Below are positions 34,436-45,156 of a stretch of DNA of 64,000 bases, piece after piece. The stretch comes from Escherichia phage Ecwhy_1. Position 1 is the first letter of the stretch. The number at the start of each line of letters is the position of its first letter. A program made the position numbers and the translations under genes. The stretch lies in the sequence record MH791411.1, one strand, 5' to 3'. The notes under the pieces were generated by a model. It saw only the letters and a list, made by a program, of their open reading frames with translations, was not told the origin of the DNA and ran no database searches.

Positions 34436-36754
34436 TTAGATCTTACAACTATCACAATCACCTTCATCTAAGTCAGGTAGTGTAGGTAACACAAACTGTC
34501 CTGATTCTGGTTTTGCAGCTTCTTTTAGTACTTTCTCAACATCAACTTCATCAGAACCATCATTAGTATTATGATAGTACAGATTTTTCAAACCAACTTT
34601 GTATGCATACATTAGTTCAGTTAGTAGTGTTGACATTGGCAACTTACCATCAGGGAAGTGTGCTGGATTGTAACTGGTATTCACACTAATACTTTGGTCA
34701 ATGTATTTCTGAAGAACACCACAGATTTGTAGATAACCGATGTTATCTTTCTGATCCCATAGTAAATCATATTTGTTTTTCAACTTATTGATTTCAGGAA
34801 CGACTTGTTTAAGAATACCATCTTTAGATAGTTTCTTGGTTACAAGTGAACGAGGTTTCTCAATACCATTAGTACTGTTACTGATTTGTGCACTAGTTTC
34901 TGCTGGCATCAGTGCCATAGTTGTTGCATTACGAATACCATATTGTTTGATATCCTGACGCAATGTTTCCCAATCTTGTTTTAGTTCAGGAGATACCAAC
35001 GCATCAATATCTTCTTTATAGGTATCAATTGGTAGAATACCTTTAGCATATTTTAGTGTGTCAAAACCTTCACACTTACCTTTCTCTTTAGCAAGCTGTA
35101 CGGAAGATTTAATTAGATAATAAGACCATGCTTCAGCCCACTCGTTAACTGTTTCCAATGCAGCTTCATTGTAACGCAAACCACGTTTAGCAAGGAAGTA
35201 TGCAAAGTTAATGATACCAACACCTAATGGGCGGTACATTTTTGTTGCACGATCTGCATGAACTACTGGGTAGTCTTGATAATCCAATAGAGAATCAAGA
35301 GCACGTACAGAAAGATCACAAGCAGTTTCCATATCTTCTGGTCGGTCAAAGTTACCCCAGTTGATTGCACTCAAAGTACATAGACTAATCAAACCTTCAC
35401 CAGTATTAATATCATCAAATGGCACAGATGGTAGTGCGATTTCTTGACACAAGTTGGATTGTTCAATTGGTGCAATTGATTCAATAAAGGTTGAGTGTGT
35501 GTTTGCATGGTCAATGTTTTGAATATAGATACGACCAGTTTCTGCACGCTCAGTCATTAGAGTACTGAATACTTCAACAGCAGATACAGATTTTTTACGA
35601 ATGCTTGGATCAGCTTCATACTTCTTGTACAGCTTTTCAAATTCTTTTTGGTTAGAACAGAATGCTTCATATAGCCCAGGAACTTCATTAGGACTAAAGA
35701 ATGTAATATTCTTGCCATCAACTAAACGTTGATATAGTGTTTTGTTCACTTGGAAACAATAGTCAAGTTGTCGAACACGGTTGAACTCAGTACCTTTGTT
35801 ATTTTTCAGTACTACAAGATTGTCAAATTCCAAATGCCACAATGGGAAGTGGACGGTTGCTGCACCACCACGCACACCACCTTGAGAGCAGCTTTTAACG
35901 GTCTTAGCAGTTGATGCAATGAAAGGAATCAAACCAGTGTGTACTGCATCACCTGAACGAATCTCGGAGTCCAGAGCACGAATGCGGCCCATATTGATAC
36001 CAAGTCCAGCTTTACGGGAAATATAACGTAGTATAGCGTGGTTAGAAGAACCAATACTATCTAGACTATCTCCAACGTTTAGTACTACACAAGAACTAAA
36101 CTGACGTGTATTGGTACGTAGACCAGCCATGATAGGAGTCGGGAGACTGATATCAAAGTTACTAACAGCATCATAAAACTTCTTAACATAAGACATACGT
36201 ACAGAGCGATCATACTCCATAAAGATGATTGCTGCAATGGTCATATATGCCATTTGTGGAGTTTCGTAGATTTTCTTAGTTACGCGATTCTTATATAGAT
36301 ACTTTCCTTCCCACTGACGCATAGCAACATAAGTGAATTTATCATCACGTTTATGTTTGATGTAACGTCCAAGCTCTTCAATTTCTTGAAGTGTGTATTT
36401 CTCAAGAATTTCTGGATCATAGATTTTTGTATCTACCATTTCTTGTAGATGTGCAGTGTATTTGATAGGGTCATAGTCGCCATACACTTGCTTACGGATA
36501 CTATAATTTAGTAAGCGACCAGCAACGTATTGGTAGTTTGGTGTATCTTCAGAAATAAGTTCTGCTGCTGATTTAATCAGAATATCATGAATAGTATTTG
36601 TTTCAATACCTTCAAAGAATTGAAGTTGTGCACGAATTTCAATTTCGGAAACAGATACACCACTCAGCCCTTCGGCAGCAAAAAATAAAATTTGATGGAT
36701 CTTATCCAAAGATAACGGTTCTTTTTTTCCATTACGCTTGGTTACGTTAATCAT
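34436..36754 (-). CDS. nrdA: ribonucleotide reductase large subunit (class Ia NrdA)
   Basis: N-terminal ATP-cone (VTKRNGKKEPLSLDKI), catalytic region with SCVVLNV... and C-terminal CDSCKI. Confidence 0.9.
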   Translation of the reverse strand: MINVTKRNGKKEPLSLDKIHQILFFAAEGLSGVSVSEIEIRAQLQFFEGIETNTIHDILIKSAAELISEDTPNYQYVAGRLLNYSIRKQVYGDYDPIKYTAHLQEMVDTKIYDPEILEKYTLQEIEELGRYIKHKRDDKFTYVAMRQWEGKYLYKNRVTKKIYETPQMAYMTIAAIIFMEYDRSVRMSYVKKFYDAVSNFDISLPTPIMAGLRTNTRQFSSCVVLNVGDSLDSIGSSNHAILRYISRKAGLGINMGRIRALDSEIRSGDAVHTGLIPFIASTAKTVKSCSQGGVRGGAATVHFPLWHLEFDNLVVLKNNKGTEFNRVRQLDYCFQVNKTLYQRLVDGKNITFFSPNEVPGLYEAFCSNQKEFEKLYKKYEADPSIRKKSVSAVEVFSTLMTERAETGRIYIQNIDHANTHSTFIESIAPIEQSNLCQEIALPSVPFDDINTGEGLISLCTLSAINWGNFDRPEDMETACDLSVRALDSLLDYQDYPVVHADRATKMYRPLGVGIINFAYFLAKRGLRYNEAALETVNEWAEAWSYYLIKSSVQLAKEKGKCEGFDTLKYAKGILPIDTYKEDIDALVSPELKQDWETLRQDIKQYGIRNATTMALMPAETSAQISNSTNGIEKPRSLVTKKLSKDGILKQVVPEINKLKNKYDLLWDQKDNIGYLQICGVLQKYIDQSISVNTSYNPAHFPDGKLPMSTLLTELMYAYKVGLKNLYYHNTNDGSDEVDVEKVLKEAAKPESGQFVLPTLPDLDEGDCDSCKI

Positions 36755-36797
36755 GTGTCATCCTTGTTATATTGTTTATACAGTTCTTAAATTTTGT

Positions 36798-36820
36798 GGA
36801 AGAAAAAGGCGGGACGCCTT
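36798..36820 (-). terminator. intrinsic terminator (AAGGCG-UCC-CGCCUU + UUUUCUU)
   Basis: hairpin 36806-36820 directly after the stop of 36821..37402. Confidence 0.5.
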
Positions 36821-37402
36821 TTAAGGTTTGTCCCACCCACGATATACAAATTCTATGTGGTATCCTGAATTTAAATAATCCGCATTAACTATGTCAAATT
36901 GCATATTTCCAGTACTTGAATCATAAACTGGATTACTAAACAGAATAGATAAAATTGCATCAGTACGGCTTGTGTTATTTGACTGTGCAATCATAGTTGA
37001 AGAACCAGCAGCAACAATTTGCACTGTGCCTGATTCTAAAATAGTCTCATTGCTATTATACGCGATGTAGTCGATGAATACACGACTTTCACTTTCAATA
37101 ATAACTTCAACACTCTCTTGGTTTTGTGGAATGTCTACTTCAAATGGACGGTTGATGATTTTGGATACCGTTCTCCACGGTGAGAATTCGGTAATTATTT
37201 CCACGTTCTCTTTACCAGAGTTTGGATCAGTTTCCCATGTACGCCCAGCAACTAAGCTTGCTGGGTCTGATGAGGAAGGTAGGCCGATGAATACACGACC
37301 CACATCAGTACTGAATCCTATCTGGCCTTTTTCCAACGCGTCTGGTAAGTCACGTTGCTTACCAGTTCTTACTTGCTGTAACGCAATTTGTTGTTGTGCC
37401 AT
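36821..37402 (-). CDS. hypothetical protein (193 aa)
   Basis: ORF track. Confidence 0.5.
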   Translation of the reverse strand: MAQQQIALQQVRTGKQRDLPDALEKGQIGFSTDVGRVFIGLPSSSDPASLVAGRTWETDPNSGKENVEIITEFSPWRTVSKIINRPFEVDIPQNQESVEVIIESESRVFIDYIAYNSNETILESGTVQIVAAGSSTMIAQSNNTSRTDAILSILFSNPVYDSSTGNMQFDIVNADYLNSGYHIEFVYRGWDKP

Positions 37403-37430
37403 AAAAACTATCTCCTATAGTATTATAGGA

Positions 37431-37988
37431 TTATTTAGCGTTTTCTTTAACTTCAGCAATACGCTCATTGATTAGTTGAGATACAACAGAGCTATCAACG
37501 GAAGAAAGAATTGATTCAGGAACTAGGGATTTCAAGTGTTTTACATAGTTTGCAACACTTTTTAGTTCTTTGGTTTTTAGTGCTTCTTTGATAATATCCA
37601 AATCTTCTTTTGAAGCTTCAACACGTTCAATAACAACAACGTCTTCTTCTTCAACAACAGGTGCTAGTTCTTCAGCGATTACTTGTACTTCTTCAGATAC
37701 TTTAATTTGTTCTTCAGTATCTACTACATATGATTCGATTACTTCTGGTGCAACATTACGAGATACTTCGTCAACACTAATATCTTCAGCAATTTTCTCT
37801 TTGATTACTTCTACAGGTTTTGCACCGCGAGATTTATAATCTTTAATATTAACTAGAAGTTTATTTGAAAGTTGTAGTTTGTCAATTTCTTCATCACTTA
37901 GTTTGATTACTTCATCTAAGGAGTAGCCTTTACTTTCTAGTGCACGAATTGTATATAGGTCTTGTTTCATTTGTTTATGCTGTTCCAT
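37431..37988 (-). CDS. hypothetical acidic protein
   Basis: ORF track 37431..38075; start moved to the internal MEQHKQ (GGAGA 11 nt upstream) to limit overlap with the upstream nuclease gene. Confidence 0.4.
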   Translation of the reverse strand: MEQHKQMKQDLYTIRALESKGYSLDEVIKLSDEEIDKLQLSNKLLVNIKDYKSRGAKPVEVIKEKIAEDISVDEVSRNVAPEVIESYVVDTEEQIKVSEEVQVIAEELAPVVEEEDVVVIERVEASKEDLDIIKEALKTKELKSVANYVKHLKSLVPESILSSVDSSVVSQLINERIAEVKENAK

Positions 37989-38694
37989 TTGATTCAATTT
38001 CTCCACGTAAAATATAGTATTGTTCAACTCTACCAATCCACATATCAACCGCATCTTTGAAGTCTTGTCCTTCAATAACGAATTCTTGATATTGTAAATT
38101 GTTAGGATCTTTTCTTACACAGATGAAAATTACACCACGCTCAATATTTGTTCCAAACATTTGATTATGCGATAGTGCATATGCAGCGATTTGCATACGG
38201 TAATTTTCGATATGTTCCCATGTCTTTAATTTACGGGAATTCTTATAGTCCATGATAGAAGGAATACCATCATGAACTCCAACTAAGTCAGTTGTTCCAG
38301 CCCATAATCCTTCATAGAATAATGGAACTTCCTGACCCCACACTTCATTGATTCTAGGCCATGCTTCTTCTTGAATTTTGTCAGCCATTCTACGGGCCAG
38401 AACTCGTATCGGCATACCACCTTGGTGGTCTGGCTTTCCATCCAGACGATATTCTAAGTTCTCGTGCATAAAAGTACCAACAGTACATGCTTCTAATGTA
38501 ATCTCATTAGCTTTCTCTTCACCAACAAATTCTCTCCATTTTTTCAACCCCTCATTGTCAGAGGTGGCACTAAGAATTGTTGTTACTGACGGCAGATTCC
38601 CTGTTGGAGTTGAATAAAGGCGACCTTCGGGGCCGCCTTCAATTCTTTTGTAATCAACGTATGTATATCTGCTAACAATTGGTGGTGTGTACAT
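37975..38694 (-). CDS. PD-(D/E)xK nuclease (RecB/Cas4-like fold)
   Basis: TTDLVGVHDGIPSIMDYKNSRK (D...D/ExK) followed by RMQIAAYALSHN (QxxxY motif). Confidence 0.55.
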   Translation of the reverse strand: MYTPPIVSRYTYVDYKRIEGGPEGRLYSTPTGNLPSVTTILSATSDNEGLKKWREFVGEEKANEITLEACTVGTFMHENLEYRLDGKPDHQGGMPIRVLARRMADKIQEEAWPRINEVWGQEVPLFYEGLWAGTTDLVGVHDGIPSIMDYKNSRKLKTWEHIENYRMQIAAYALSHNQMFGTNIERGVIFICVRKDPNNLQYQEFVIEGQDFKDAVDMWIGRVEQYYILRGEIESNGTA

Positions 38695-38740
38695 CCGTGT
38701 ACTCCTAATTATAGCATCGTATTTTTGTTTGTCTCAGTTT

Positions 38741-39070
38741 TTATTGCTTATTTGCTGCAACAGCAGCTTTTGTTGCCCAATCTTCAACTTGGTCTTCAGA
38801 GTTCTGTTCAACTTCACCAGTACTTTCTGAATCATTACCAGTAAATGTTACAACATCCGAATTCGCATCTTGCACAAATGGCAAAGAGTTTAGAATATCC
38901 ATCATAACATTATAAGGAACATCAATGTTGGTTCGCTTTTTGATTTCAGCGATTAAAGATTGTAGGTTCACTTCTTCGCGACCCGATGATACTAAAGACA
39001 ACGCAATAGTAGTAATCATATTGCGTATGTCTTTACCAGGAGCCTCTTCTGTAAGATCTTGAAATCTCAT
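38741..39070 (-). CDS. small acidic protein, faint resemblance to T4 AsiA anti-sigma factor
   Basis: IRNMITTIALSLVSSGREEVNLQSLIAEI versus T4 AsiA VREIITVASILIKFSREDIVENRANFIAFL (from memory); weak. Confidence 0.3.
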   Translation of the reverse strand: MRFQDLTEEAPGKDIRNMITTIALSLVSSGREEVNLQSLIAEIKKRTNIDVPYNVMMDILNSLPFVQDANSDVVTFTGNDSESTGEVEQNSEDQVEDWATKAAVAANKQ

Positions 39071-39086
39071 TTAGATTCATCCTTAA

Positions 39087-39719
39087 TTATTTTTTAACGT
39101 ATCCTAGTACACGTTTAACTTTCTTCTCGTTCTCAGATAGCCAAGTTTTCATTTCTTCTTTGTTTTTGAAGAATTTAGTACCTACAGTACCGCGAACACT
39201 TTCCATCTTAATACCAATTTGAGTTGGTTTTACAGATTCTTTCATTTCACGCTCAGTTGGTACTGGCTCAGAAATAATATCTTCTTCGAAATCAGCATCA
39301 GCACCCATGTCGAACGTTGGGGTGTCAGCAGCAATGTCGATATCAACATCTTCACTACCAATATCAGAAACTGCTGGACCATCAGTGATATCACCAGTTA
39401 GTTTTAAAGTTTCAGTACTGATTTTGTCTTTAACATCCATTAGAGTAGTAACTGCATGTTGAAGTAGGTGGCGAACGCTATCACTAAAGTTCTGTGCAGC
39501 ATCAAGACCTTGTTCCGCTTTGATACGGTCAAGTAGTGGGCCTAGAACGTCAACGCCCATGTTGTTGATTACTTCAGACTGACGTTGTAGTTTGTCAACG
39601 ATTTCACCTTTAACAGAGAGAACGATTTCAGCTTTCTCAATATTAGATTCGTTCAATTTGATGAACTTCATTGCTTCAACACGTGAAGCAGATTCCATTA
39701 GTTTTTTGTAGTTAGACAT
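39087..39719 (-). CDS. hypothetical acidic protein
   Basis: ORF track 39087..39743; start taken at MSNYKK. Confidence 0.45.
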   Translation of the reverse strand: MSNYKKLMESASRVEAMKFIKLNESNIEKAEIVLSVKGEIVDKLQRQSEVINNMGVDVLGPLLDRIKAEQGLDAAQNFSDSVRHLLQHAVTTLMDVKDKISTETLKLTGDITDGPAVSDIGSEDVDIDIAADTPTFDMGADADFEEDIISEPVPTEREMKESVKPTQIGIKMESVRGTVGTKFFKNKEEMKTWLSENEKKVKRVLGYVKK

Positions 39720-39752
39720 TTGAATTTCCTTATAAAATATCACTAAATTTAT

Positions 39753-40430
39753 TTACTTTATATAACCTTCACTCTTTAGAAAGTTCAGTACACGCTCTTT
39801 GAGTTTGTATGCTTCAGCTTTCTTTTCAGCGATGATGATATCTAAATCTTTTGCTTCATCGTACTTCGACTCATTCAGAACACGTTGACGTTTCTGTGCA
39901 GCCTTCAATGCTTCGGTAATTACATTGGTGTATTGTAAACCGGAACTGATGATACCAAGAACTTTTGCATCTGTCAACATTCTTCCTTCGTTGAGAAGGT
40001 TTACTAGTGTTAGTGCAGCTTCATACATCATAATATTATTCATGATAACTTGAGAACTATGATTACATTTAACACTGTATACTTTTGTTGATTTAGTACC
40101 TTGAATTTTTTCTTCTACTAAACTCCAGTTAGTTTTAGGTTTAGCAGGTGCACGTTGTACAACAGGTTGTGCTGGTTGGTGACCAAGCATGTGTTCATTG
40201 TATGGGGCGTGGAATGGAACAACATGTGGATGTGTCTGTTCTGGATCAACACCATAATTCATACCAGCTTCATTTAATGATGTCAAAATGTCGGTCATTG
40301 CACCGATATCACCACCTGACTTGTAAGGAACACCAGACGCATTATGGGTTGCACCAGCTTCAATGTCATTCAAACCGCTTAACAAATCAGCCATCTGATT
40401 AACTGATTGTTGATCGTACTCGTAATTCAT
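39753..40430 (-). CDS. hypothetical protein (225 aa)
   Basis: ORF track. Confidence 0.5.
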   Translation of the reverse strand: MNYEYDQQSVNQMADLLSGLNDIEAGATHNASGVPYKSGGDIGAMTDILTSLNEAGMNYGVDPEQTHPHVVPFHAPYNEHMLGHQPAQPVVQRAPAKPKTNWSLVEEKIQGTKSTKVYSVKCNHSSQVIMNNIMMYEAALTLVNLLNEGRMLTDAKVLGIISSGLQYTNVITEALKAAQKRQRVLNESKYDEAKDLDIIIAEKKAEAYKLKERVLNFLKSEGYIK

Positions 40431-40645
40431 TTATTACTCCTAACAGTTGAATACTCTTCAGTACCGTCATCTTTCTCAACAATATTTAGGACTCCACGAG
40501 ATACCATTTTATCCGCTAGTTCCTGATAGTATTCGTTTACTTTTTCAACTGGCACGGAACCTCGTGCCTTAATTTTCTGTAATAGTCGATATTCTTCGTT
40601 GGAAACCATAGTGTTGTGACCATGAACATTAGGTACAGTTCTCAT
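40427..40645 (-). CDS. hypothetical protein (72 aa)
   Basis: ORF track; 4-nt overlap with upstream gene. Confidence 0.4.
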   Translation of the reverse strand: MRTVPNVHGHNTMVSNEEYRLLQKIKARGSVPVEKVNEYYQELADKMVSRGVLNIVEKDDGTEEYSTVRSNK

Positions 40646-41607
40646 TATCGGCCTCGCATACGGTGACAGAAATCAATGATTTGATCTACCATCTCATCAT
40701 TCTCTTGTTGTGCAGAGTTTGCCATTACACTTTCATCACCATAGATATCATCTTCTTTTTCGATATCAGCGATTGCATGAATCATTTCACCCATACCTGG
40801 TGCGTGTTGTGTTAGTGGAGATGGTGAATTTGGATTACCGTCTGGTTCCATACCAGGCTCACCCATCACTTCACTATTAATTTCTTGTGGTGATTTCTCT
40901 TCACGAATTGTAGTACTTTGATTTTGATTGTCAACTGGAGTTACATCATCCAAAGGGAAAACATTCAATTCGTTTGGCTTAGTGCCACTTTTGGTTACTA
41001 CTAATGATTGTTGTGGATTTTGTCCAGCATCAATACCAACAACTGGTTCAATTGAATCAGTACCGCTTTGACTACCAGGAACACTAACTTTAATGTTATT
41101 AGCATTACGTTGTAGTTCTGCTTGTTTAAGTTTTGCTTGGGTTTGTGGATTAACTTGCTGTTGTTGCTGGGACACATTCATCTTAGCAATCTGTGTAGAT
41201 TTCAATTGGTTTTCAGGATTTTCCAAGTTAGAGGATAAATCTTCAAACACAATAGTTTTTAATTCTTGAATACTCAACTTAGAAACATCAGAGTATGTGA
41301 AGTTACTTTTGTATGCTTCAACTAAGTCTTTCATTGTCATAGAATCAACTGTCTTATGCCAATCAGAACTTTCAACAATATGTTTAGTTACATTGTCAGT
41401 ACTGAAGTATGAGAAACTTTCGCTCATTTGTGCTTTGTACTTTTGTAGAATTTGAAAAATTTCACGGTTATCTGAATTATCCATAGCGGCATTTAGTGTG
41501 ATGAAATCACCCGCATCCATATTATCCAGTACAACAGAAACATCAACATTCAAATTATGTGCGTCAGCAAACTTCTGTAGCTCCGCTGCTGTTTGGTTTA
41601 TATTCAT
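40645..41607 (-). CDS. hypothetical Gln-rich protein (320 aa)
   Basis: ORF track; low-complexity Q/N/P-rich central region. Confidence 0.5.
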   Translation of the reverse strand: MNINQTAAELQKFADAHNLNVDVSVVLDNMDAGDFITLNAAMDNSDNREIFQILQKYKAQMSESFSYFSTDNVTKHIVESSDWHKTVDSMTMKDLVEAYKSNFTYSDVSKLSIQELKTIVFEDLSSNLENPENQLKSTQIAKMNVSQQQQQVNPQTQAKLKQAELQRNANNIKVSVPGSQSGTDSIEPVVGIDAGQNPQQSLVVTKSGTKPNELNVFPLDDVTPVDNQNQSTTIREEKSPQEINSEVMGEPGMEPDGNPNSPSPLTQHAPGMGEMIHAIADIEKEDDIYGDESVMANSAQQENDEMVDQIIDFCHRMRGR

Positions 41608-41664
41608 AATTACTCCATATAAAATAAAAAAGACCTCTGTCTTGCTTTATGATATTTATCACAA

Positions 41665-42057
41665 TTAAGAAAAGGTCTGTTTGCTGATGCTAATATTTGT
41701 ATCATTACCTGTTGTGATAAATTTTGTAATTCTTTTACCATTTAATTCTGTCGGTAAAACTAATGGTATTCCATTCAAACGCAAGTCAACATCCATTGGT
41801 ATTGCGAATTTGAAAGTACTAAGAGTACATTTACCCCATGAAACTGGAAGATTATAGAAAGATGCGTTGTTATCTTTATATAGATCTACTTCAGTTTTTA
41901 CTACACTTACCATCATGGGATAATCATGTGCCATAATAGCCTCCAACAATCTCGACAAATTCATAGCACCAGTGAACTTAGAATCGATGATTGTTGGAGT
42001 TGTACCATCACCTATATCTACAACAGTATTAATTGTGTAGAAAGTATATGGTTTCAT
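41665..42057 (-). CDS. hypothetical protein (130 aa)
   Basis: ORF track. Confidence 0.45.
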   Translation of the reverse strand: MKPYTFYTINTVVDIGDGTTPTIIDSKFTGAMNLSRLLEAIMAHDYPMMVSVVKTEVDLYKDNNASFYNLPVSWGKCTLSTFKFAIPMDVDLRLNGIPLVLPTELNGKRITKFITTGNDTNISISKQTFS

Positions 42058-42251
42058 TCAATATCCTTATTTTTAGTCTCAACAACTTTATATCCAAAGA
42101 AATTTGTAGGAGGCATTCTTCGAAGTAATGGGTAATTTAATCCAGTACTGACTGATGCTACTGCACCTGCTGATGTTGCACCAGCAGAAGCATTTTCTTT
42201 TAGTTTAGTTTTCTTCTTCATATCAATTCCCTTTATTACGTTTTTCATCAA
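42054..42251 (-). CDS. hypothetical protein (65 aa)
   Basis: ORF track. Confidence 0.35.
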   Translation of the reverse strand: MMKNVIKGIDMKKKTKLKENASAGATSAGAVASVSTGLNYPLLRRMPPTNFFGYKVVETKNKDIE

Positions 42252-42495
42252 GTGCTATGTTCTCCAAGCCCTTCTGAAACTTTTTATAATCTCGGTTCTT
42301 AATACTAAGAAATAAACGTTTCTTCAAATCTTCAGCATCAGTTTGGTTAAATTCATCTTCGATACTCTCCAATAAATGAATAACAGAGTTGATTGCATGA
42401 TCTGCACGATTACCAAAACTCTGTAACGTATCTTTCTCTGGTGTATAGTCAACTATACTATCAAGTAGATTCTTTTTATTGGATTTACTAGACAT
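42223..42495 (-). CDS. hypothetical protein (90 aa)
   Basis: ORF track. Confidence 0.4.
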   Translation of the reverse strand: MSSKSNKKNLLDSIVDYTPEKDTLQSFGNRADHAINSVIHLLESIEDEFNQTDAEDLKKRLFLSIKNRDYKKFQKGLENIALDEKRNKGN

Positions 42496-42498
42496 TCA

Positions 42499-44019
42499 TT
42501 ATTTCCTTTGATTTAACCATTGCTTCATTGCATTTACACGATCAGTACCAATGTGAGGCTGTTGAGGCTGGGATTCAGTTTGTGTAGAAGTGATTGGATC
42601 ACTATCTGTATTTAGTGTTACGCTTTCAACACTTGATGTAGTGCTTGGTTTAGGAGCACCAGAAAGCGTATGACGCAGTGTTTGCATTGTACTTGGTGGC
42701 ATTGCCATGTTACCACCGCCTACCTTAGAGATACCACTGTGACGGAATCCTGACCCATCAGTTTCTAGTTGTTGGATTGTTGTTGCATGGTCTAAAACAC
42801 GAAGTGAATCAATATCGTAAGACATACGCAAACGTGAACCAACTGCACTACTGTTACGTGTTTTCTGGAAGTCAAACCAAAGTTCGCCAGTTTCTTTACG
42901 TGCTTCAATGTAGATAACGTTATCCGCAGTATAGATTTTAGAAATACCACCAGCAATCTGACTTTGACTTTTCTTATCTTCATCCATACCACTACGGTTA
43001 AACTGTGACGCAGTGAATACGGTCAAATCCATTTTGGTTGCTAGTGCACGCAATTCTTCAGATACAAATTTATCTTTTGTAAATGTATTAGATTTATCAT
43101 TAGGACCAAGACGATTTGATGTTAATAGGTCAAGGTAGTCCACACAAACATAATCTAATTTGACTTCCATTTTAATTTGCAATTCACGAAGATAACTTTC
43201 AATATCATCAGTGGTTGTTACGGATTCTGGTAAACGTTTAATACGCAATATACCACTATCCTTACCTTCCATTTGAACTCGTAGACCAATCTTTTCAGCT
43301 TCGTTCTTAACGTTACTTAGCTTAGATTCAGTCATCATACCATAGATACGAACGGCTACCAACTCTTCTGCTAGTTCTAGTGAAATGTATGCACCATTCA
43401 TACCAGCCTTAGCAAAGTTAACTGCTAAGTTCTGTAGTACTACTGATTTACCACCACCAGACGCTGCTGCAAAGATTTCAAGTTCACGGCGACCAAAACC
43501 ACCGAATAGTTTATAGTCAAGGGTTTCCCATCCACTCTTGAATGAACCTTGCATAGTGCTCAATGAACGAATGGTATCTTCTGGATTTTCAAAGATATCA
43601 AGACCCAACTCATTCTGTACAGATACTAACATAGCTTCACGAATGAGTTCTTCGATGCCACCATATTTTTTCTGATGTACTAATTCCATACCTTTCTCTA
43701 CTGCTAGAGCTAGAGCTTTGTGACGGCAAAACTCACTACAGGTATCCAGTACTGCCTGTTTATGAAGTTCTTGTACTTCATACTGATCATACTGATAACC
43801 ACCTTTCACTTCGATATCTTTCAGTGTAGGGGATGAACTATATTTTGCTGCATAATCATGAACGTACTGAATACTTTCATGAAATGTTTTATCAAAATAT
43901 TCTGGCTTTAGAATATTTTTACAACGTACAAATAAATCTGGATTACTGAAAACTTGGGATAGTAAGTATTGTTGTGCATTAATCCCATACTGTTTGACGT
44001 CCACTGTGCTTTGAATCAT
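42499..44019 (-). CDS. 41: DnaB-family replicative helicase, gp41-like
   Basis: Walker A AAASGGGKS, ISLELAEE, Walker B VCVDYLDLL, arginine finger region TASQFNRSG. Confidence 0.85.
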   Translation of the reverse strand: MIQSTVDVKQYGINAQQYLLSQVFSNPDLFVRCKNILKPEYFDKTFHESIQYVHDYAAKYSSSPTLKDIEVKGGYQYDQYEVQELHKQAVLDTCSEFCRHKALALAVEKGMELVHQKKYGGIEELIREAMLVSVQNELGLDIFENPEDTIRSLSTMQGSFKSGWETLDYKLFGGFGRRELEIFAAASGGGKSVVLQNLAVNFAKAGMNGAYISLELAEELVAVRIYGMMTESKLSNVKNEAEKIGLRVQMEGKDSGILRIKRLPESVTTTDDIESYLRELQIKMEVKLDYVCVDYLDLLTSNRLGPNDKSNTFTKDKFVSEELRALATKMDLTVFTASQFNRSGMDEDKKSQSQIAGGISKIYTADNVIYIEARKETGELWFDFQKTRNSSAVGSRLRMSYDIDSLRVLDHATTIQQLETDGSGFRHSGISKVGGGNMAMPPSTMQTLRHTLSGAPKPSTTSSVESVTLNTDSDPITSTQTESQPQQPHIGTDRVNAMKQWLNQRK

Positions 44020-44045
44020 TTATGTTCCCTCATTTATATCCTGTG

Positions 44046-45101
44046 TTACATCCACTTATCCGTTTGTGCTTTAATATAGAAAGGCTCGTCAACTATACTA
44101 TCATGTATCAGTTGTAAACAAAATAATCTTCCAAATCTAGCACATGCTTCGTCAAAATCTTTAATGTGACGTATAGTACTTCCAACACGTACTGCCCCAA
44201 AATCTGGGAAAGAAACACTAAATCCATATTCTAGTGCTTGTTCGATTGTTTGTAATCCATCCTTATCACGGTCTGGTACGATAACAATCTTTTTACCTTT
44301 TTCTTGTGCAGCTTTAAGTACATCTATTTGTACTGCTGACAATTTAAAGTTATTTGCAGAAACACCACCCATTAGTGCTGCATCCATTGGACCTTCACAA
44401 ACTAATATAGTTTTAATTCGTTCATCTTGTAACAGATCATAATTATATAGAATATTAGTACTGACCTGATTAATAAAACGATAGGTACTTCCTGGGTCTT
44501 TAAGTTTGTGTCTAGCAGTATATCCGATAATTTTACCGTTCATAACGTATGGTATGATAAATCGGTCATACATTTTATGTTCTTTAGCTGGACTCCAATA
44601 CAATTCTAAATCTAATAGATATGGATTTCGCTCATTCACATGATTCAGAACACTAATAAATTCTTGTGGTATTTGCTCTTCTGGTAACGATGCCCATTCC
44701 CAGAATGTTTTTGAGTTCGGTGGTAATTCACGAACAGTTACACGTTGATATAGTTTAGATGCAGTAGTTTCTTGTTCTGCAAAGTCTCCACTATCAACCA
44801 TTTCTTTAATGTAAAATTTAGCTAGTTCTATTTCCTTATCCTGTGCACCAAAAGAAATGAGCAAAGACTCCATATCTTTGCTCATATATTTTCCAGGTTG
44901 CCACCCAGTTTTTAGACTACAGTTAAAACAGTTATAAGAAACAGAACCATCTGCGTTAAACATATGATTGCCGCGATTTTTAGTATCGGGGCGTGAATGA
45001 CCACGGAACACACAAGCAGGACAATTGTGATGTGTCCACATACCAATTCCTGGTACTGGGTCATTCATGATTTGTGCCATGATGTTTTGTACAGCGTTCA
45101 T
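44046..45101 (-). CDS. 61: DNA primase (zinc ribbon + Toprim), gp61-like
   Basis: CPACVFRGHSR...CFNC zinc ribbon, Toprim motifs CEGPMDA and VPDRDKDG; directly upstream of the helicase as in T4. Confidence 0.85.
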   Translation of the reverse strand: MNAVQNIMAQIMNDPVPGIGMWTHHNCPACVFRGHSRPDTKNRGNHMFNADGSVSYNCFNCSLKTGWQPGKYMSKDMESLLISFGAQDKEIELAKFYIKEMVDSGDFAEQETTASKLYQRVTVRELPPNSKTFWEWASLPEEQIPQEFISVLNHVNERNPYLLDLELYWSPAKEHKMYDRFIIPYVMNGKIIGYTARHKLKDPGSTYRFINQVSTNILYNYDLLQDERIKTILVCEGPMDAALMGGVSANNFKLSAVQIDVLKAAQEKGKKIVIVPDRDKDGLQTIEQALEYGFSVSFPDFGAVRVGSTIRHIKDFDEACARFGRLFCLQLIHDSIVDEPFYIKAQTDKWM

Positions 45102-45156
45102 AATTTAATCCTTGTTATTTCTCACAAATGATTATAGCACAAACACTTGTTTTGTC